Below, in pieces: positions 43,401 to 55,200 of a stretch of DNA of 64,000 nt (position 1 is its first letter; each line of letters opens with the position of its first letter). The DNA comes from Bdellovibrionales bacterium (GTDB lineage: Bacteria; Bdellovibrionota; Bdellovibrionia; Bdellovibrionales; UBA1609): assembly GCA_965199825.1 (NCBI GenBank), contig OZ241329.1, forward strand, positions 992,001-1,056,000, given 5' to 3'. Below the pieces are notes generated by a model. The model was given only the letters and a program-made list of their open reading frames with translations. It ran no database searches and was not told the DNA's origin. A program made the position numbers and the translations under genes.

Positions 43401-44754
43401 CAGTTTTTGAAGACAGCGGCAAGATGGAGTAACCAAAAAATCCGGGCGGTTCGACCTCAGCGCGGGAGGGGGTTTGGTAACTTTCAATCACTACATGCGC
43501 ATTTGTTCCGCCGATGCCAAAAGAATTGACCGCTGCAATCCTGCGGTCGGTTTTCCATTCTTGAATTTTAGAATTCACATAAAAAGGAGAGCTTTCCAAA
43601 TTGAGCGCTGGATTTGGTTCGGTAAAATTTAATGTTGGTGGAATAAGTCCGCGTTCTAAAACTAGAATTGTTTTTATCAATCCACTGACGCCAGCGGCTG
43701 CATCGAGATGTCCAATATTGGTTTTTATTGAACCAATCGCACAGTAGCCCTGACGTGATGAAGATTTACGAAATGCACGAGTTAATCCTGCAACCTCAAT
43801 AGGATCTCCAAGCTTCGTTCCGGTTCCGTGAGCTTCTACAAAACCAATGTCGTCTGCGCTCACACCCGCCAACGACAGCGCGGCAGCCATTCCCTCAGCC
43901 TGACCCATCTCACTTGGTGCTGTGAATCCCATTTTTAAACTGCCGTCGTTATTAACAGAGGTTGCGAGAATGACAGCACGAATGGGATCTCCATCACGAA
44001 GGGCGTCATCAAAACGTTTTAAGACAACAACTGCTGTTCCGTTACCACTGAATACTCCATTTGCCTGGATATCAAAAGCGCGACACTTCCCATCTGGCGA
44101 ATACACTCCGCCTTCAGAATAAATATATCCTCTATTTTGTGGAAACCGAATAGAGGAGCCACCAGCTAGAGCGATATCACACTCGCGAGTGAGCAAACTT
44201 TGACAAGCTAGATGAACCGCCGTTAACGAAGTTGAACAACCGGTTTGAACAGTCATGCTTGGCCCGGTTAATCCTAATTTATAAGAAACTCGAGTCGCTA
44301 AAAAATCGCTCTGTGAGCCAATCTGAGCCATAAAGTCGCCGTCAAAATATTCTGAGTTTAAATCTAAACTACTCAGGTAGGATGTCATGCTTTGACCAGC
44401 ATAAACCCCGACAGGAACTTTAATTTGATTTGGAAGGTAGCCTGCGTCCTCGAGTGCTGTCCAAGCACACTCTAAAAAAAACCGTTGTTGAGGATCAATG
44501 AGTTCAGCTTCTTTGAGAGAATACCCAAAAAACGCATAATCAAAATTTTCGGTGTCGGCAACAACTCCACGCACTGGGACATAATTTGAATTTTCAAATT
44601 CGTCTTTTGATACTCCTCCTTTGCTCAAGTCCTCTGAGGTAAAATGGGTCGAACCATTTTGACCTGCACAAATATTTTCCCACAAGGCCTCAACATTTTT
44701 TGCATTAGGAAAACGGCCCGAAACTCCTACCACTGCAATTCGAAAATCACTCAT
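40429..44754 (-). CDS. Type I PKS module KS-AT-KR-ACP
   Basis: KS: TGCSTSL, HGTGT, NIGHLD; AT: GHSLG; KR: GGLGKVG, YSAAN; ACP: FFDLGGHSL. Confidence 0.93.
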   Translation of the reverse strand: MSDFRIAVVGVSGRFPNAKNVEALWENICAGQNGSTHFTSEDLSKGGVSKDEFENSNYVPVRGVVADTENFDYAFFGYSLKEAELIDPQQRFFLECAWTALEDAGYLPNQIKVPVGVYAGQSMTSYLSSLDLNSEYFDGDFMAQIGSQSDFLATRVSYKLGLTGPSMTVQTGCSTSLTAVHLACQSLLTRECDIALAGGSSIRFPQNRGYIYSEGGVYSPDGKCRAFDIQANGVFSGNGTAVVVLKRFDDALRDGDPIRAVILATSVNNDGSLKMGFTAPSEMGQAEGMAAALSLAGVSADDIGFVEAHGTGTKLGDPIEVAGLTRAFRKSSSRQGYCAIGSIKTNIGHLDAAAGVSGLIKTILVLERGLIPPTLNFTEPNPALNLESSPFYVNSKIQEWKTDRRIAAVNSFGIGGTNAHVVIESYQTPSRAEVEPPGFFGYSILPLSSKTEAGLDSIASDLLQAVSRTPAPRLDDLVHTMQTRQISFEHRAAALFTDQQNLVEILKEHKPNHWLKGEQSAKQLCFLFPGGGAQYFPMALDLYEADLFFRQQIDDCAAIIQKEYSVDIRKYLFSESNSLSLSPDERLGFAIPLASLFIVEYALAKALMAREIVPTGGMIGHSLGEYVAATLAEVFTLTAALKLVIQRGVLLARCPAGAMLSVRASPSQLTKIPSGTGIAAKNAPEVTTVSGTVNGIEKLELELTAQEIEYRKIPLATAAHSYLLDGVLDEYRAALTLTVLKKPKIKFISNVSGTWITDAQATSVEYWVCQLRQPVEFQQGLTELAASGPAVFFEVGPGRILSSIVRANELLKNGVVSVHSMRSQGEAIADRVCLGGAVAKLWISGINLDWSKINGVKNARVTSLPGYAFAKTRCWLRPDLVREKQSDLTNWFSAPVWRQDVQALPKLNDNSIFCLVIGSAKRLEEVEPLLKQLPGRYRFCKETDLLLTDCKVSQIVFLTEPNATIDENTAALLRLRNFLKFLNDVSDTVFLTIVVSGVALVGPQDFIDPRVAPFVAAMKVIPQEHLGVKTVLCDARPQTLEDWRNALSFIFAKTAPQMFAIRPHGCFVADFSPLHLSSSTHIQRQIKTGGVYLITGGLGKVGRHLAAHLAKTYQARIVLTGRSASFENIDFGSGEVLCLTADSSNLEQMHSVITSTIKKFGHIDGVLHAAGITSGFTMQTLFSHLSHDDFTEQYRAKVNGTEILFKLLKDIPLDFILLFSSNASPLGGLGLLAYSAANQFMDLFATQMWSQGDRRWLTATWDGWRVENEAARSRTTSLEQFAMQPHESLKLFDLVVQCSPVPTIFVSRKDIRQRADLWLNNKLDREVVTVESESSRKLIEPKDEVERALLTIWQELLGRDEISTDDIFFDLGGHSLFATRMLARIRERLHVEFPLFRLFENPRISGMAEIIRDLPKIQNDVVITKRKSLTLKEILASRNHP

Positions 44755-47700
44755 GTGCGCCTGCGTTCTAAATTTGAAAGTGCAGATCGCCGTAAATTTA
44801 CATTTGGTAGAGGCGCCAACTTTTGTTCTTTGTGCTCTTTCAAAAAATCAGAAATAGATGCAATTGTTGGTGATCGAAACAAATCGGTAAGAGCAATACG
44901 CCTTTCAAATTGGCGTGCCAAGCGGGACTGAATTTGTAAGAGCGAAAGCGAACTTCCTCCGACATCAAAGAAGTTATCTTTCAAACCAAAAGAATTGTGA
45001 CCCAAAACATCTTTCCACACCTGAGCAATCGATTCTTCGGTTTGAGTAAGAACGCAATTCAAATCTCCAGCTGACGAGTTTTGCAACGGTGCTGGAAGTT
45101 GTTTGTAATCCACTTTTCCATTTGGGGTGACAGGTACGGTTTTTATAAAAACAAAGGCCGCTGGAATCATATGATCCGGCAAGCGAGACTTTAGTGACTT
45201 TGACAGCTCTGAAACTTTAATTTCGGTATTATCTTGAACTTTGATGTAGGCAACAAGTTGCTTTTGTCCACCAGATGAATCACGAACAATAACAACACTG
45301 CGTTCGACTCCTTTGAAGTCCGAGATAGCCACTTCAATTTCACCAAGTTCTATTCGAAAACCACGTAGTTTGACTTGATGATCAAAACGCCCCAAATATT
45401 CAATATTGCTGTCACTCAAAAAGCGAGCACGATCACCTGTTTTATAAAGAGTCTGCCCTTGGGTAAATGGATTTTGTATAAAACGTTCGTCTGTTAGTTC
45501 AGGTTTATTGAGGTATCCTCGGCCGACGCCGACCCCACCAATGTAAAGCTCGCCGGCTATACCGATTGGAACCGGCGCAAGTACTTTGTCCAAAATATAC
45601 ATTTGGATATTATCAATCGGACGCCCGATGGGCACGAAATGAAGATCTGAATTTGGCATGCATTGCCAATAAGTCACATCAACAGCGGCTTCGGTTGGAC
45701 CATAAAGGTTATGCAGTTGAGTCACCTCACTACCAAAGATCATAAAAAATCGGTGCTGTAAATCGAGCGGGAGTGCCTCACCACTACACACAAAAAGTCT
45801 TAATGACTTACAAGATGCCGCGTCTTCATTCATTAAAAATGCGTGAAGCATTGACGGAACAAAGTGAAGGATCGTCACACTTTGAGAGTTGATGAGATCA
45901 ATTAAGTATTGAGGGTCCTTGTGTCCATTGGGTTTAGCAACAACCAATTTCGCTCCATACATGAGAGGCCAAAAAAATTCCCAAACCGAAACATCGAAGC
46001 TAAATGGAGTTTTCTGTAAAACTACATCATTAGATCTCAAACAGTATTGCTTTTGCATCCACGCCAAGCGGTTGTAGATTCCTGCATGAGTATTCAATGC
46101 TCCCTTAGGCTGACCTGTAGAACCCGATGTATAAATCATGTAGGCGAGATCGTGAGGCTCCAGCGCCACAAGGTCTTGAGACGACACCCGCTCTGAAAGC
46201 TGTTTTTCGGTTACACAAACAAATTCAGTTTGAAGCAATAAATTAGAGTAGACCTCTTTAAAAATTTGCTGAGTAAGTACGATTTTTGGATTTGAATCCT
46301 TGATCATATACTGAATACGATCTTCCGGATAACCGGGGTCTAACGGAACGTACACAGCGCCCGAACGCAAGCAGGCCAGAAGTGAAATTACGAGATGAGT
46401 TGATCGCTCCATCAAAACGCCAACAAGATCACCTTTTTTTATACCTTTATTATTTAAGAGAGCGGCAAGACGCGCCGATAGAAGATCTAAATTTTTGTAG
46501 GTTAATTTTTCGCCTTCAAATTCGACGGCGACGGCATCAGGATTTATTTTGCAAGAGCGTTCAATCTGTTCATGAATGCAAATGTGTTCAGGGTAGCTCA
46601 CATCTGTTTGATTCCAAGTTCTAGTCACTGTTTCAAGCTCATCTGGCGACAAAATATTCAATTTTTCAACTTTGCATTTAGAATCTTGTGCTGCCGATTT
46701 TAATAAACATTTAAAATGGTCTGCCATTCTAACAATGGTGGTGTGGTTAAAAAGTGCTGTGTTGTATTCGAAGGTGCAGACCAGTTGCTCACCTTCTTCA
46801 ATGTGCAAACTGATGTCGAATTTAGAAATAGATAAGTCGGCGAGAACTACCGAAGTTTGCAAATTAGACCAAGACGTTTCGCTATAAGCGCGATTATAAT
46901 TAAACAAAACTTGGAAAATTGGACTATGGCTAAGGTCTCTTGAGGGGTTGAGGACTTGAACTAGTCTCTCAAAGGGCAAATTTTGAAGCGATAGAGCTTC
47001 AATCGAGATATTTTTTATTTGTTCAATGGCATCTTCGAAATTGTTGCTCGGACTGACATGAGCGGGCAAAGCAACTGTATTTACAAATAAACCTACTAGT
47101 GATTCGCTCGCGACATCAGGGCGATTGGCGACGGGAAGACCGATCGCGAAGTCGGTTTGATTAGTGTAACGACTTAAAAGAACAGCAAAACCAGCAAGTA
47201 GTGTGTGAAATAAGGTTGCCTCGTTTTTAACTGAGATCTTTTGAAGTTCGTCCGTATTCGTTAAACAAAAACTGAAATGACCACCCTGATGTTTTTGGAA
47301 TGCAGGGCGAGGTCGATCCAGCGGAAAATTAAGGTTCTCACATACTTTTAATTTCTCAGCCCAAGTCTTTACGTTTTTTTCCTGAAGCGAGATCACCTCT
47401 GTCGAGTTTTGTTTGTTGCCGATATAAGTGGTTACCAATTTTGGGAGCGGCGGTGTCTGTTCCTTACAAAAAGCCTCAAAGGAGACTTTCAATTCGTGAC
47501 GAAGAATCTGCATGGACCAACCATCACAAACAATATGATGAGCGCAAAATCCGAGAATGTTTTCGTTTTGGCTCAAACTCCACAGTTGGAATCGGTAGAG
47601 TGGATCACTTTGCAAATCAAATGGACGACGTGCCCACGTGTTGAGATCGGTTTGCAAATTTTCGGTTTGGGCTTTGACTGGCTCGAGCTGAATTATTGTT

Positions 47701-50700
47701 GGATTTGATACCGACTGATTGATTATTCCGTTATGTTCTTGAAATTGCGCGCGGAGTTGCTCATGACGTTGCACAAGGTAGCTCAGGGCTTTGTTGAGAG
47801 CTGAAATATTTAATTCGCCTTTTATACGAATAAAAAAGAGTTCATTATAAAAAGGGCTCTGCGGATTCATTTTCGCAAGAAACCAGAGGCGCTGTTGGGC
47901 ATCCGTTAGAGGGTACGGTCCTGCACCGTGGAGACTAAAGGTCTCTATGAGAGGACTTGAGCCGATTTCTGATTGAATTAAACGAATTTGCTCTACTAAA
48001 TCATTAAAACGGGGAAATCGAAAAACGATCTGAACTGGAACTTTCAGATTGAGTTCAGCTTGAATTCGAGCAATGAGGCGCATTGCTAAAAGCGAATGAC
48101 CGCCACAGCGGAAAAAATGTTGAGAAGAGGACTGCACTGTTTGACCGAGTAAACGCATCCAAATATCGGCAAGTGCCATTTGCAATTTATCAGTAGGTTT
48201 GAAATCATTGGTCTGCGGCTGAATCAGTTGAAGAGCCGTTAAAGCATTTTGATCTGGTTTGCCATTAGCCGTCCTTGGAAGAGCATCCATCACTACAAAG
48301 TGAGAAGGAAGGCTCGAGGTCGGGAAAGTCCGAGCCGAATCTTTCGCAAGTTGCGACACCGAAAGATTTGCGGCCTCCACAAATGCGATCAGGTGATGAG
48401 TTCCTGACTCATCTCTTCGTGCGTGCACGACTGCAGAGCGAATTAAGGGGTGGCGCATAAGCTGTTGCTCAACTTCACTCAGCTCAACACGGAAGCCACG
48501 AATTTTAACTTGGCGATCTTTTCGTCCCATAAAGTAGTAAAAACCTTGCGGGGTTTGCCTTACAAAATCACCTGTTCTGTAAAAGCGCTCGCCATCGAGG
48601 ATAATAAATTTTTCTTGAGTTAAGGCCTTGTCGTTGACATATCCGCGAGCGACTCCTGGTCCCCCAATATAAAGCTCACCCGTTACATAAGGTGCAACGA
48701 CTTCCTGATTTTGGTTAAGGACCAAAAGACGAGCACCGCCAATTGCACGACCAAGTGGCAAGGTGTTAACTAACTTCAGTTGATCGAGATCCTGAGCTAC
48801 CAGAGTAGTCATAACTGAGCCTACGCAAGTTTCGGTTGGCCCGTAGTGATTACAAATTTTTAGGTCTGGTCGCTGTTCAAAAACTTTTCGAACTAAATCA
48901 ATACCTAAGGATTCACCACCAAAAATTAAAAGACGTTTTGGTATCGCTTCGGCTTGAGTAAAGAGCGCTGCAAAATGATTTGGAACAATTTTAAGAATAT
49001 CAATTTTATTTGTTTGTATGTAGCTCGCAAATAACGCTGCGTCGGTTACGATTTCTTGCGGCATGAGATGAAGAGTTCCTCCATTCAATAGCGACGGCAT
49101 GACACAGGTATTGCCTAAATCCGCGTTCAATGTTGTTACAGTTGCGAATTGAAGTCCTTCAAGCCTGCAATTTAAAAGCTCGCTCATCGTTTTCGATATC
49201 GCTTCGGAATAGTGGACGATATTCGAGTGAGTGATGACAACCCCCTTGGGCTGACCAGAAGATCCAGATGTAAACAAAATGTATGCGCCACCCATTTGGT
49301 TGGAAATTTTGGGCGCAATTTGTTCCTCTAATGTGGAGCTGATTCGAACTTGAATGGCTGTTCCTAAAACATCAATTGTATCGTCTTTCACAATAACAAA
49401 ACGCGGCTGGGCGGCGGCAACTTTGAGCGCGGTTCGCTCGGGTGGATCTTCTGGGTCAAGTGGCATAAATATACCGCCCGCTTTTAAAATTCCTAAAATT
49501 GAAACAATGGATTCTAAAGCGCGCGGTAAATAAATTCCGACGATATCTTCATGTTCAAGACCCTCCGTCTGAAGTTTTGCTGCAACTTGATCTGACAGGT
49601 GGTCAAGCCTTTCATAGCTGAGATTTTTATCATCACAAACCACAGCAATTTGCGACGGATTCAACCGTGCACGATCAATAAAAAATTTATGTAAAGTTCG
49701 ATTTGTTTCTACAAAGTCGAGTTTACCAAGAGATTCCTTTCGAGAACGCAGAAGGATGGATTTCAGCTTGGATTGTGGAGCCCTGCACATTTTTTTTAAG
49801 AAGCTCAGCATGTCGTTGGCAAATTGTTCGATCATTGCTGGAGCGAAAAGTTCTGCATTGTAAATAAAGTCGCAATCCAACCAATCGCCACCGACTTCTT
49901 CAAACTGGAGCGAGAGATCAATTTTTGCGTTCTCTAAATCAAATTTCATAACAGACGCGCGCACATCGCCCATTTCAAAATTTCTCATGAGCGACACGTG
50001 TTTATTGAATGAAACTTGAAAGATTGGATTTTGCGTCGTATCGCGTTCAGGGTTAAGAATTTCAACCAAACTTTCAAATGGGATATCCTGCCGAGCAAAG
50101 TCTTTTAAATTGGCTTCATGCAGTTGTGACCACAACTCTAAGACAGAAACTTCTGGATCGATCACCGAGCGCATAGGAATAGTATTTGCGAATAGACCAA
50201 TAATAGGTTCAATCTCTTCGAGATCACGTGAAGCTGAGGGAACTCCAATACTAAAATTAGTCTGATCTGTGTAATGCCAAAGTGACATTTGATAAGCGCT
50301 AAACAAAAGAGTGAATGGCGTGACATGAAATTGCCGGGCAACAGATTTTAATTCTATATATTCATGTTTTTCGATCTTAAATCGAACGGTGCGTGCCTTA
50401 CGTGATGCCCTTTGAGAACGATTGCTCAATGCTGGTAAGAGTAAAGGCTCGCTGGAGCGAAGGTGCTCCACCCATTTGCTTAATCGTTGCTTGAAATCAG
50501 GTCCACAGACTGTTTTTTGCTGCCACTCGGCAAAATCGATCGGCTGACACGAAAGCTGTGTTAAATCGGGTTGGCGATTGCAACAAAAAGCGTCGTAGCA
50601 TTTTTGAAGTTCGCGCAAAAAAATAGCAAATGACCAACCGTCACAAATAATATGATGAAAATTAAAAGCTAAAATATTGTAGTCAGAACTGATTTCAAAT

Positions 50701-51068
50701 AACCGAGCTCGAAATAGCGGACCACGGACTAAATCAAATGGCTTTTTGATCCACCGCTGGATCTCAGCCTCGGTGGCATGGCCCACATTCTCGGATTTTA
50801 ATAAAATCTGTTTACTCGGATGAACAACTTGAAGCGGCTCTCCCTCTTTATCAATAAAGAGCGTCCGCAAACTCTCGTGGCGAGCAATCAGAAAATCAAT
50901 GGCGGCGTTAAGTGCCTTAATTTTAAGATCTCCGCGCAATTCTAATAGGAGTGGCTCATTAAAAGCCCAATCGGATTCTGACAGCTGAGCGATAAACCAC
51001 AGTCGTCGTTGAGCAAAGGAACATCGATGCCCGTTGGGATTTCTTGGAATAGAATTTAAAGTTTTCAA
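44751..51068 (-). CDS. Bimodular NRPS C-A(Asp-like)-T-C-A(Ser)-T
   Basis: HHIICDG and HHIVCDG C domains; FTSGSSG and YTSGSTG A3 motifs; GGHS and GGSS T domains. Confidence 0.93.
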   Translation of the reverse strand: MKTLNSIPRNPNGHRCSFAQRRLWFIAQLSESDWAFNEPLLLELRGDLKIKALNAAIDFLIARHESLRTLFIDKEGEPLQVVHPSKQILLKSENVGHATEAEIQRWIKKPFDLVRGPLFRARLFEISSDYNILAFNFHHIICDGWSFAIFLRELQKCYDAFCCNRQPDLTQLSCQPIDFAEWQQKTVCGPDFKQRLSKWVEHLRSSEPLLLPALSNRSQRASRKARTVRFKIEKHEYIELKSVARQFHVTPFTLLFSAYQMSLWHYTDQTNFSIGVPSASRDLEEIEPIIGLFANTIPMRSVIDPEVSVLELWSQLHEANLKDFARQDIPFESLVEILNPERDTTQNPIFQVSFNKHVSLMRNFEMGDVRASVMKFDLENAKIDLSLQFEEVGGDWLDCDFIYNAELFAPAMIEQFANDMLSFLKKMCRAPQSKLKSILLRSRKESLGKLDFVETNRTLHKFFIDRARLNPSQIAVVCDDKNLSYERLDHLSDQVAAKLQTEGLEHEDIVGIYLPRALESIVSILGILKAGGIFMPLDPEDPPERTALKVAAAQPRFVIVKDDTIDVLGTAIQVRISSTLEEQIAPKISNQMGGAYILFTSGSSGQPKGVVITHSNIVHYSEAISKTMSELLNCRLEGLQFATVTTLNADLGNTCVMPSLLNGGTLHLMPQEIVTDAALFASYIQTNKIDILKIVPNHFAALFTQAEAIPKRLLIFGGESLGIDLVRKVFEQRPDLKICNHYGPTETCVGSVMTTLVAQDLDQLKLVNTLPLGRAIGGARLLVLNQNQEVVAPYVTGELYIGGPGVARGYVNDKALTQEKFIILDGERFYRTGDFVRQTPQGFYYFMGRKDRQVKIRGFRVELSEVEQQLMRHPLIRSAVVHARRDESGTHHLIAFVEAANLSVSQLAKDSARTFPTSSLPSHFVVMDALPRTANGKPDQNALTALQLIQPQTNDFKPTDKLQMALADIWMRLLGQTVQSSSQHFFRCGGHSLLAMRLIARIQAELNLKVPVQIVFRFPRFNDLVEQIRLIQSEIGSSPLIETFSLHGAGPYPLTDAQQRLWFLAKMNPQSPFYNELFFIRIKGELNISALNKALSYLVQRHEQLRAQFQEHNGIINQSVSNPTIIQLEPVKAQTENLQTDLNTWARRPFDLQSDPLYRFQLWSLSQNENILGFCAHHIVCDGWSMQILRHELKVSFEAFCKEQTPPLPKLVTTYIGNKQNSTEVISLQEKNVKTWAEKLKVCENLNFPLDRPRPAFQKHQGGHFSFCLTNTDELQKISVKNEATLFHTLLAGFAVLLSRYTNQTDFAIGLPVANRPDVASESLVGLFVNTVALPAHVSPSNNFEDAIEQIKNISIEALSLQNLPFERLVQVLNPSRDLSHSPIFQVLFNYNRAYSETSWSNLQTSVVLADLSISKFDISLHIEEGEQLVCTFEYNTALFNHTTIVRMADHFKCLLKSAAQDSKCKVEKLNILSPDELETVTRTWNQTDVSYPEHICIHEQIERSCKINPDAVAVEFEGEKLTYKNLDLLSARLAALLNNKGIKKGDLVGVLMERSTHLVISLLACLRSGAVYVPLDPGYPEDRIQYMIKDSNPKIVLTQQIFKEVYSNLLLQTEFVCVTEKQLSERVSSQDLVALEPHDLAYMIYTSGSTGQPKGALNTHAGIYNRLAWMQKQYCLRSNDVVLQKTPFSFDVSVWEFFWPLMYGAKLVVAKPNGHKDPQYLIDLINSQSVTILHFVPSMLHAFLMNEDAASCKSLRLFVCSGEALPLDLQHRFFMIFGSEVTQLHNLYGPTEAAVDVTYWQCMPNSDLHFVPIGRPIDNIQMYILDKVLAPVPIGIAGELYIGGVGVGRGYLNKPELTDERFIQNPFTQGQTLYKTGDRARFLSDSNIEYLGRFDHQVKLRGFRIELGEIEVAISDFKGVERSVVIVRDSSGGQKQLVAYIKVQDNTEIKVSELSKSLKSRLPDHMIPAAFVFIKTVPVTPNGKVDYKQLPAPLQNSSAGDLNCVLTQTEESIAQVWKDVLGHNSFGLKDNFFDVGGSSLSLLQIQSRLARQFERRIALTDLFRSPTIASISDFLKEHKEQKLAPLPNVNLRRSALSNLERRRT

Positions 51069-52285
51069 TTGTAAGCGCCTGTGTTGAAATTACGTGAATG
51101 GAAACGTGAAATAAAAAATGCCAAAATTGCAAAGAGCACCAATAGAACTGCAACAAGCGAGCGGTTAAATTCCCCACTTGAATAAATCCAGATTGCAATA
51201 CAGCAAGATGTAAACTGAAAAATAGCCAGCCATCGCAAAACTAAAGTGTTAAAATGAACTAAATCATTTCCTGACATTGCGCTTCGAACTAAAATATCTG
51301 CTGGATAATAAACACCTGCATTGAGACCCGACATAAAAACCATAACCCCCATAGCTCCAGACGAAGGCATCAATAAAAATAAAAAGCCACTTGCAGTATA
51401 GGTTAGCGGCAATACACGTATCCAAAAACGAGCCGAAATAAAATTTTGAAGACGATTGTAAAAGAGGCCCATGATCAATCCAGGCAGTCGCAATAGCGCA
51501 ATGACAACGATACTCGTGCCGATATCAAAGAAACCCATTTTTGCGCTGATCATCGGAAAATAGTTGGGAAAGAGCGCGTTGAGTGCGTGAAGAAATGGAA
51601 TTGTCATTAAAATCCACATCAGAGAAGTTGAGTCGATTCCCTCTTTATTTTTTATTTTAACAATTGAGTCTGGGGTAAGCAGTGCAGCATCAGCATAATA
51701 ATTTTGACCCACATAAACCAAAACTACACCAAATACGATAAAGCTGAGCGCATCTATTAAGAGGCCAAATCGCCAGTTCCCCGCACTAACTAATGCAGCC
51801 GCAACTAGCATTCCAATTAACATCGCAGCAACGTCAATCGCGCCCTTAAAATTAACAAGCTTTTTGTATTCAGACTCATCGGCAAAAAAACGATACATTG
51901 TGACCTGGTAAAGCAAGCGTGGAATACCTTCTTTAACAAAAGCATAGCCGAGCAAAAATAAGATCGTTAAAACTAACGACGAAACAGGATCCTTATAAAA
52001 AAGTGTAAGAATTGAAACCACGATTTCAAGAGCGGCTACGGCAAAAAGAACTTTAGCATAATCTAAGCGCGCGCTATCGTGTCGCTTTGCAATGGTGCGG
52101 GCAAAAAAACTTGCCGCAAAAACAGAGAGAGCCGGTACAAGCCAGGCCACCACTGAAAAAGATATTTTACCAGTCTCAAAGCCAAGACCTTGCGGAAGCG
52201 AAGTCACCAAAACAATATCGCCAAAAGCGGAAATAAACGAGGCTGTAAGAAACCAGAAACCGCGTTGAGATCGAGAAAATTTCAA
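51065..52285 (-). CDS. MFS-type transporter, probable exporter for the cluster
   Basis: About 12 TM segments, ISAFGD and IDALSF motifs; 4-bp overlaps with both NRPS genes. Confidence 0.75.
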   Translation of the reverse strand: MKFSRSQRGFWFLTASFISAFGDIVLVTSLPQGLGFETGKISFSVVAWLVPALSVFAASFFARTIAKRHDSARLDYAKVLFAVAALEIVVSILTLFYKDPVSSLVLTILFLLGYAFVKEGIPRLLYQVTMYRFFADESEYKKLVNFKGAIDVAAMLIGMLVAAALVSAGNWRFGLLIDALSFIVFGVVLVYVGQNYYADAALLTPDSIVKIKNKEGIDSTSLMWILMTIPFLHALNALFPNYFPMISAKMGFFDIGTSIVVIALLRLPGLIMGLFYNRLQNFISARFWIRVLPLTYTASGFLFLLMPSSGAMGVMVFMSGLNAGVYYPADILVRSAMSGNDLVHFNTLVLRWLAIFQFTSCCIAIWIYSSGEFNRSLVAVLLVLFAILAFFISRFHSRNFNTGAYN

Positions 52286-55200
52286 AAAGAACTCCCTGTT
52301 TTTAAATTATTGAGCGCCATTCGATCAAACAAGTTTTGTGTAAGTCTGGAGACAAACGGTTTTCGCATCAGCGTGTAATGAGTGGCGTCGGCGATAATTT
52401 GCTCTGTGTATCGACCTCGGGTGCAGCTTTTCCAATTTGTTTTGTGCAGTAGTTTGTTTTGCAAACTGTGATCGGCCCATACAGCATGAATAGATGCTGA
52501 AAGTGTGGGTTGCGTAAAATTATAAAAAAGCATTGCATGCCGAGCAGATAATTCTGCCAAGCGAGCAACGTAGGACGCATCAACTTCAAGATTTAGATTC
52601 CACTTTTTCTTGGTCCAGTTCAAAAGCCAAGCCGCTAATGCTGCCCCTGGAACCTCTTTTAGACCCTCTTTGATTTCTGTTCGATCGTCCACAGTCAACT
52701 CATGTCCAATGGAACTCGCGAGAGAATTTAGGACGCTCGAGTATCCACGAAGCCAATCGAGTTCCGACGGCAATGGCAATATATTTTCGCGAACGCCACA
52801 GTCCCACAGTTCAACGGATAAGACATTTATACCGCGATCTTCTAGCCGCGCAGCAACTTCCATTGCTAACAAGCCACCCATGGACCAACCCATAAGCATA
52901 CACTCTCGTTTAGTACCAAGATGACCAAAAATTTCTTGTGCGTAAGCTTCTGTCATATTCTTAGAGTTAGAATATTCTAATGAGGGGTCGTCGAGAGCCC
53001 GAGATTGAATAGCGAAAATAGGAGTTAAGCCATCGGTATTTGCAACCAATTGTCCATATACAAAAATATCTCCACCCATCGGGTGGAAGCAGTACAACGG
53101 TGCACGATGTGGTTCACCCCCTGACAACATTATTAAATGTGATGCCAGTCGCGAAATAGGATTTCGCTTTTTACAAATCATTGCCATTTCTCGAATGGTT
53201 GGATTTTGAAAAAACTCTGCAGATGTCAACTGAGTTCCAAATTGCTGGCGCACTCTATGAATGAGTCGTGCTGCAAGAAGAGATTGCCCGCCTAAATGAA
53301 AAAAGTTGTTCTCTATGCCGATAGAATCTTGGCCCAGCAAACTTTGCCAGATTATTTGCATGCGCGATTCGAAAAGATCTGTAGGTGGCGAATACTCTCT
53401 GAGATTTCCGTTAGCCCGATCAAACAATTTGGAAGATGATCGGAGGCGGCTGTGGTCCAATTTCCCGTTTGAATTGATAAGCATTGTCTCAACAGAATGA
53501 AACCAAGTCGGAATAAAAGACTCAGGTAGACGACTCTTAAAATGGAGTCTCAGATTATCGATGGTTAGCAAATGAGAATTTTTTTGTTGAATGTAGGCGT
53601 GAAGCTCGAGCTCATTTTGAAAATTGGATTCAGCAAAAACCGCCGCATCTTGAACCCCTGGATGAATCAACAAGACATTCCGAATTTCTTGCAGTTCAAT
53701 GCGGTGGCCACGGATTTTAACTTGATCATCAACCCGGCCTAAAAATTGGGCGGTGCCGTCCCTTCGTAGTCGCACCATGTCCCCTGTCCGATAGGATGCA
53801 AGCCCACCTTGTTTATCAGAAGGAATAAAACGAGCAAGTGTCAATTCGGTGTGGTTTAAATAACCATCTGCGACTTGTGGACTTCTTATCACTAGCTCAC
53901 CAGGGACTTCACGAGGGAGGAGACTCCCGGTCTCATCCACAGCGTAAAATTCCGTATTATAAGTGGGGCTTCCAAGAGTTGGGTGCGGTGTTGAGCGATC
54001 GATCCTATAAATTGTTGAGTCGACTGTACACTCAGTTGGACCATAGACGTTATAGAATTCAATCTCATCGGAATTTGCGAGCTGGGTCCAAAGTCGAGAA
54101 TGGATGGCTTCTCCGCCAACTAAAACTTGCCTCAATTTTGTTTGATTTAAGTCACCGTGTTCTAATAAAAATTTTAAGTGAGACGGCGTGCAGTCAAAAA
54201 GATCTACGCGTTGATCAATTAACCACTCCAATAGTTTTTCGGCATCTGTTCTGAATTCCAGGGGGACAATGCAAAGTGTATGTCCAATCAAAAGTAATAC
54301 GATCTGTTGAACCGAAGCATCAAAGGTCAAAGGTGCATTTAAAGAAATGCGTCGAGGTGCCTCTTTTTCTGAAACACACAGAGTGTTTTCCAATGATTTT
54401 TTTAAATTCTTCACTCCTTGAGTGCGAATTTGACATCCCTTGGGCTGACCTGTGCTTCCAGATGTATAAATCAAGTAGGCGACATCGTTACTTCCACTTC
54501 GAGACGGTAAACCAATGGGTAATGAACTTTTCATTAATGTTTGAAGCGATAATGTGGGACACGATAGATTCAAAAACTTTTTTTGTGGCTCGTGAGTTGT
54601 TAGTACACAAGAGATATTTGCGTCGCGCACCATAAATTCGAGTCGAGCATCAGGAGCAATAGGATCAAGAGGAACATATGCAGCACCCAAGGCCCACAGG
54701 GCAAGAATTGCGGCGATGGGTGCAACCTCACGATCAGACATAATTCCAATATGATCGCCGGCCTTAACCCCATTTTGTTGTAGACCACTTGCAATGCGAA
54801 GAGAAAGCTTTCTCAGTTCGCTAAAACTAAGCTCAGAGTCTTGATCACAAAGCGCTGTGATAGGACCGCGTTTAAGCGCCACACTTTCAAAACTCTCCCA
54901 CAAAGAAGTTTGCTCTATATCACAAGTAGGTCCGCGCAAGGTATCTACCGCTTCGTTAGCCTCAAGGGGTAGACGAAGAAGGGCTTCCTTTGGATTTGAA
55001 AGTGCAGAATTAAGTTGGGATACAAAAACACTGCGAAGGCTTTCTATCTGAGACGCTGAGTAGGCGTTGGAATCATACTCTACTTGAAGCGAAAGTTTTT
55101 GATCGCCTTCAAAAAAGAAAAAGGTGAGATCAAACTTAGCTTGGCGACGAGCGGGCTGTTGAACATCAACTTTGAGACCGCTCAATTTTAAATGACCGTA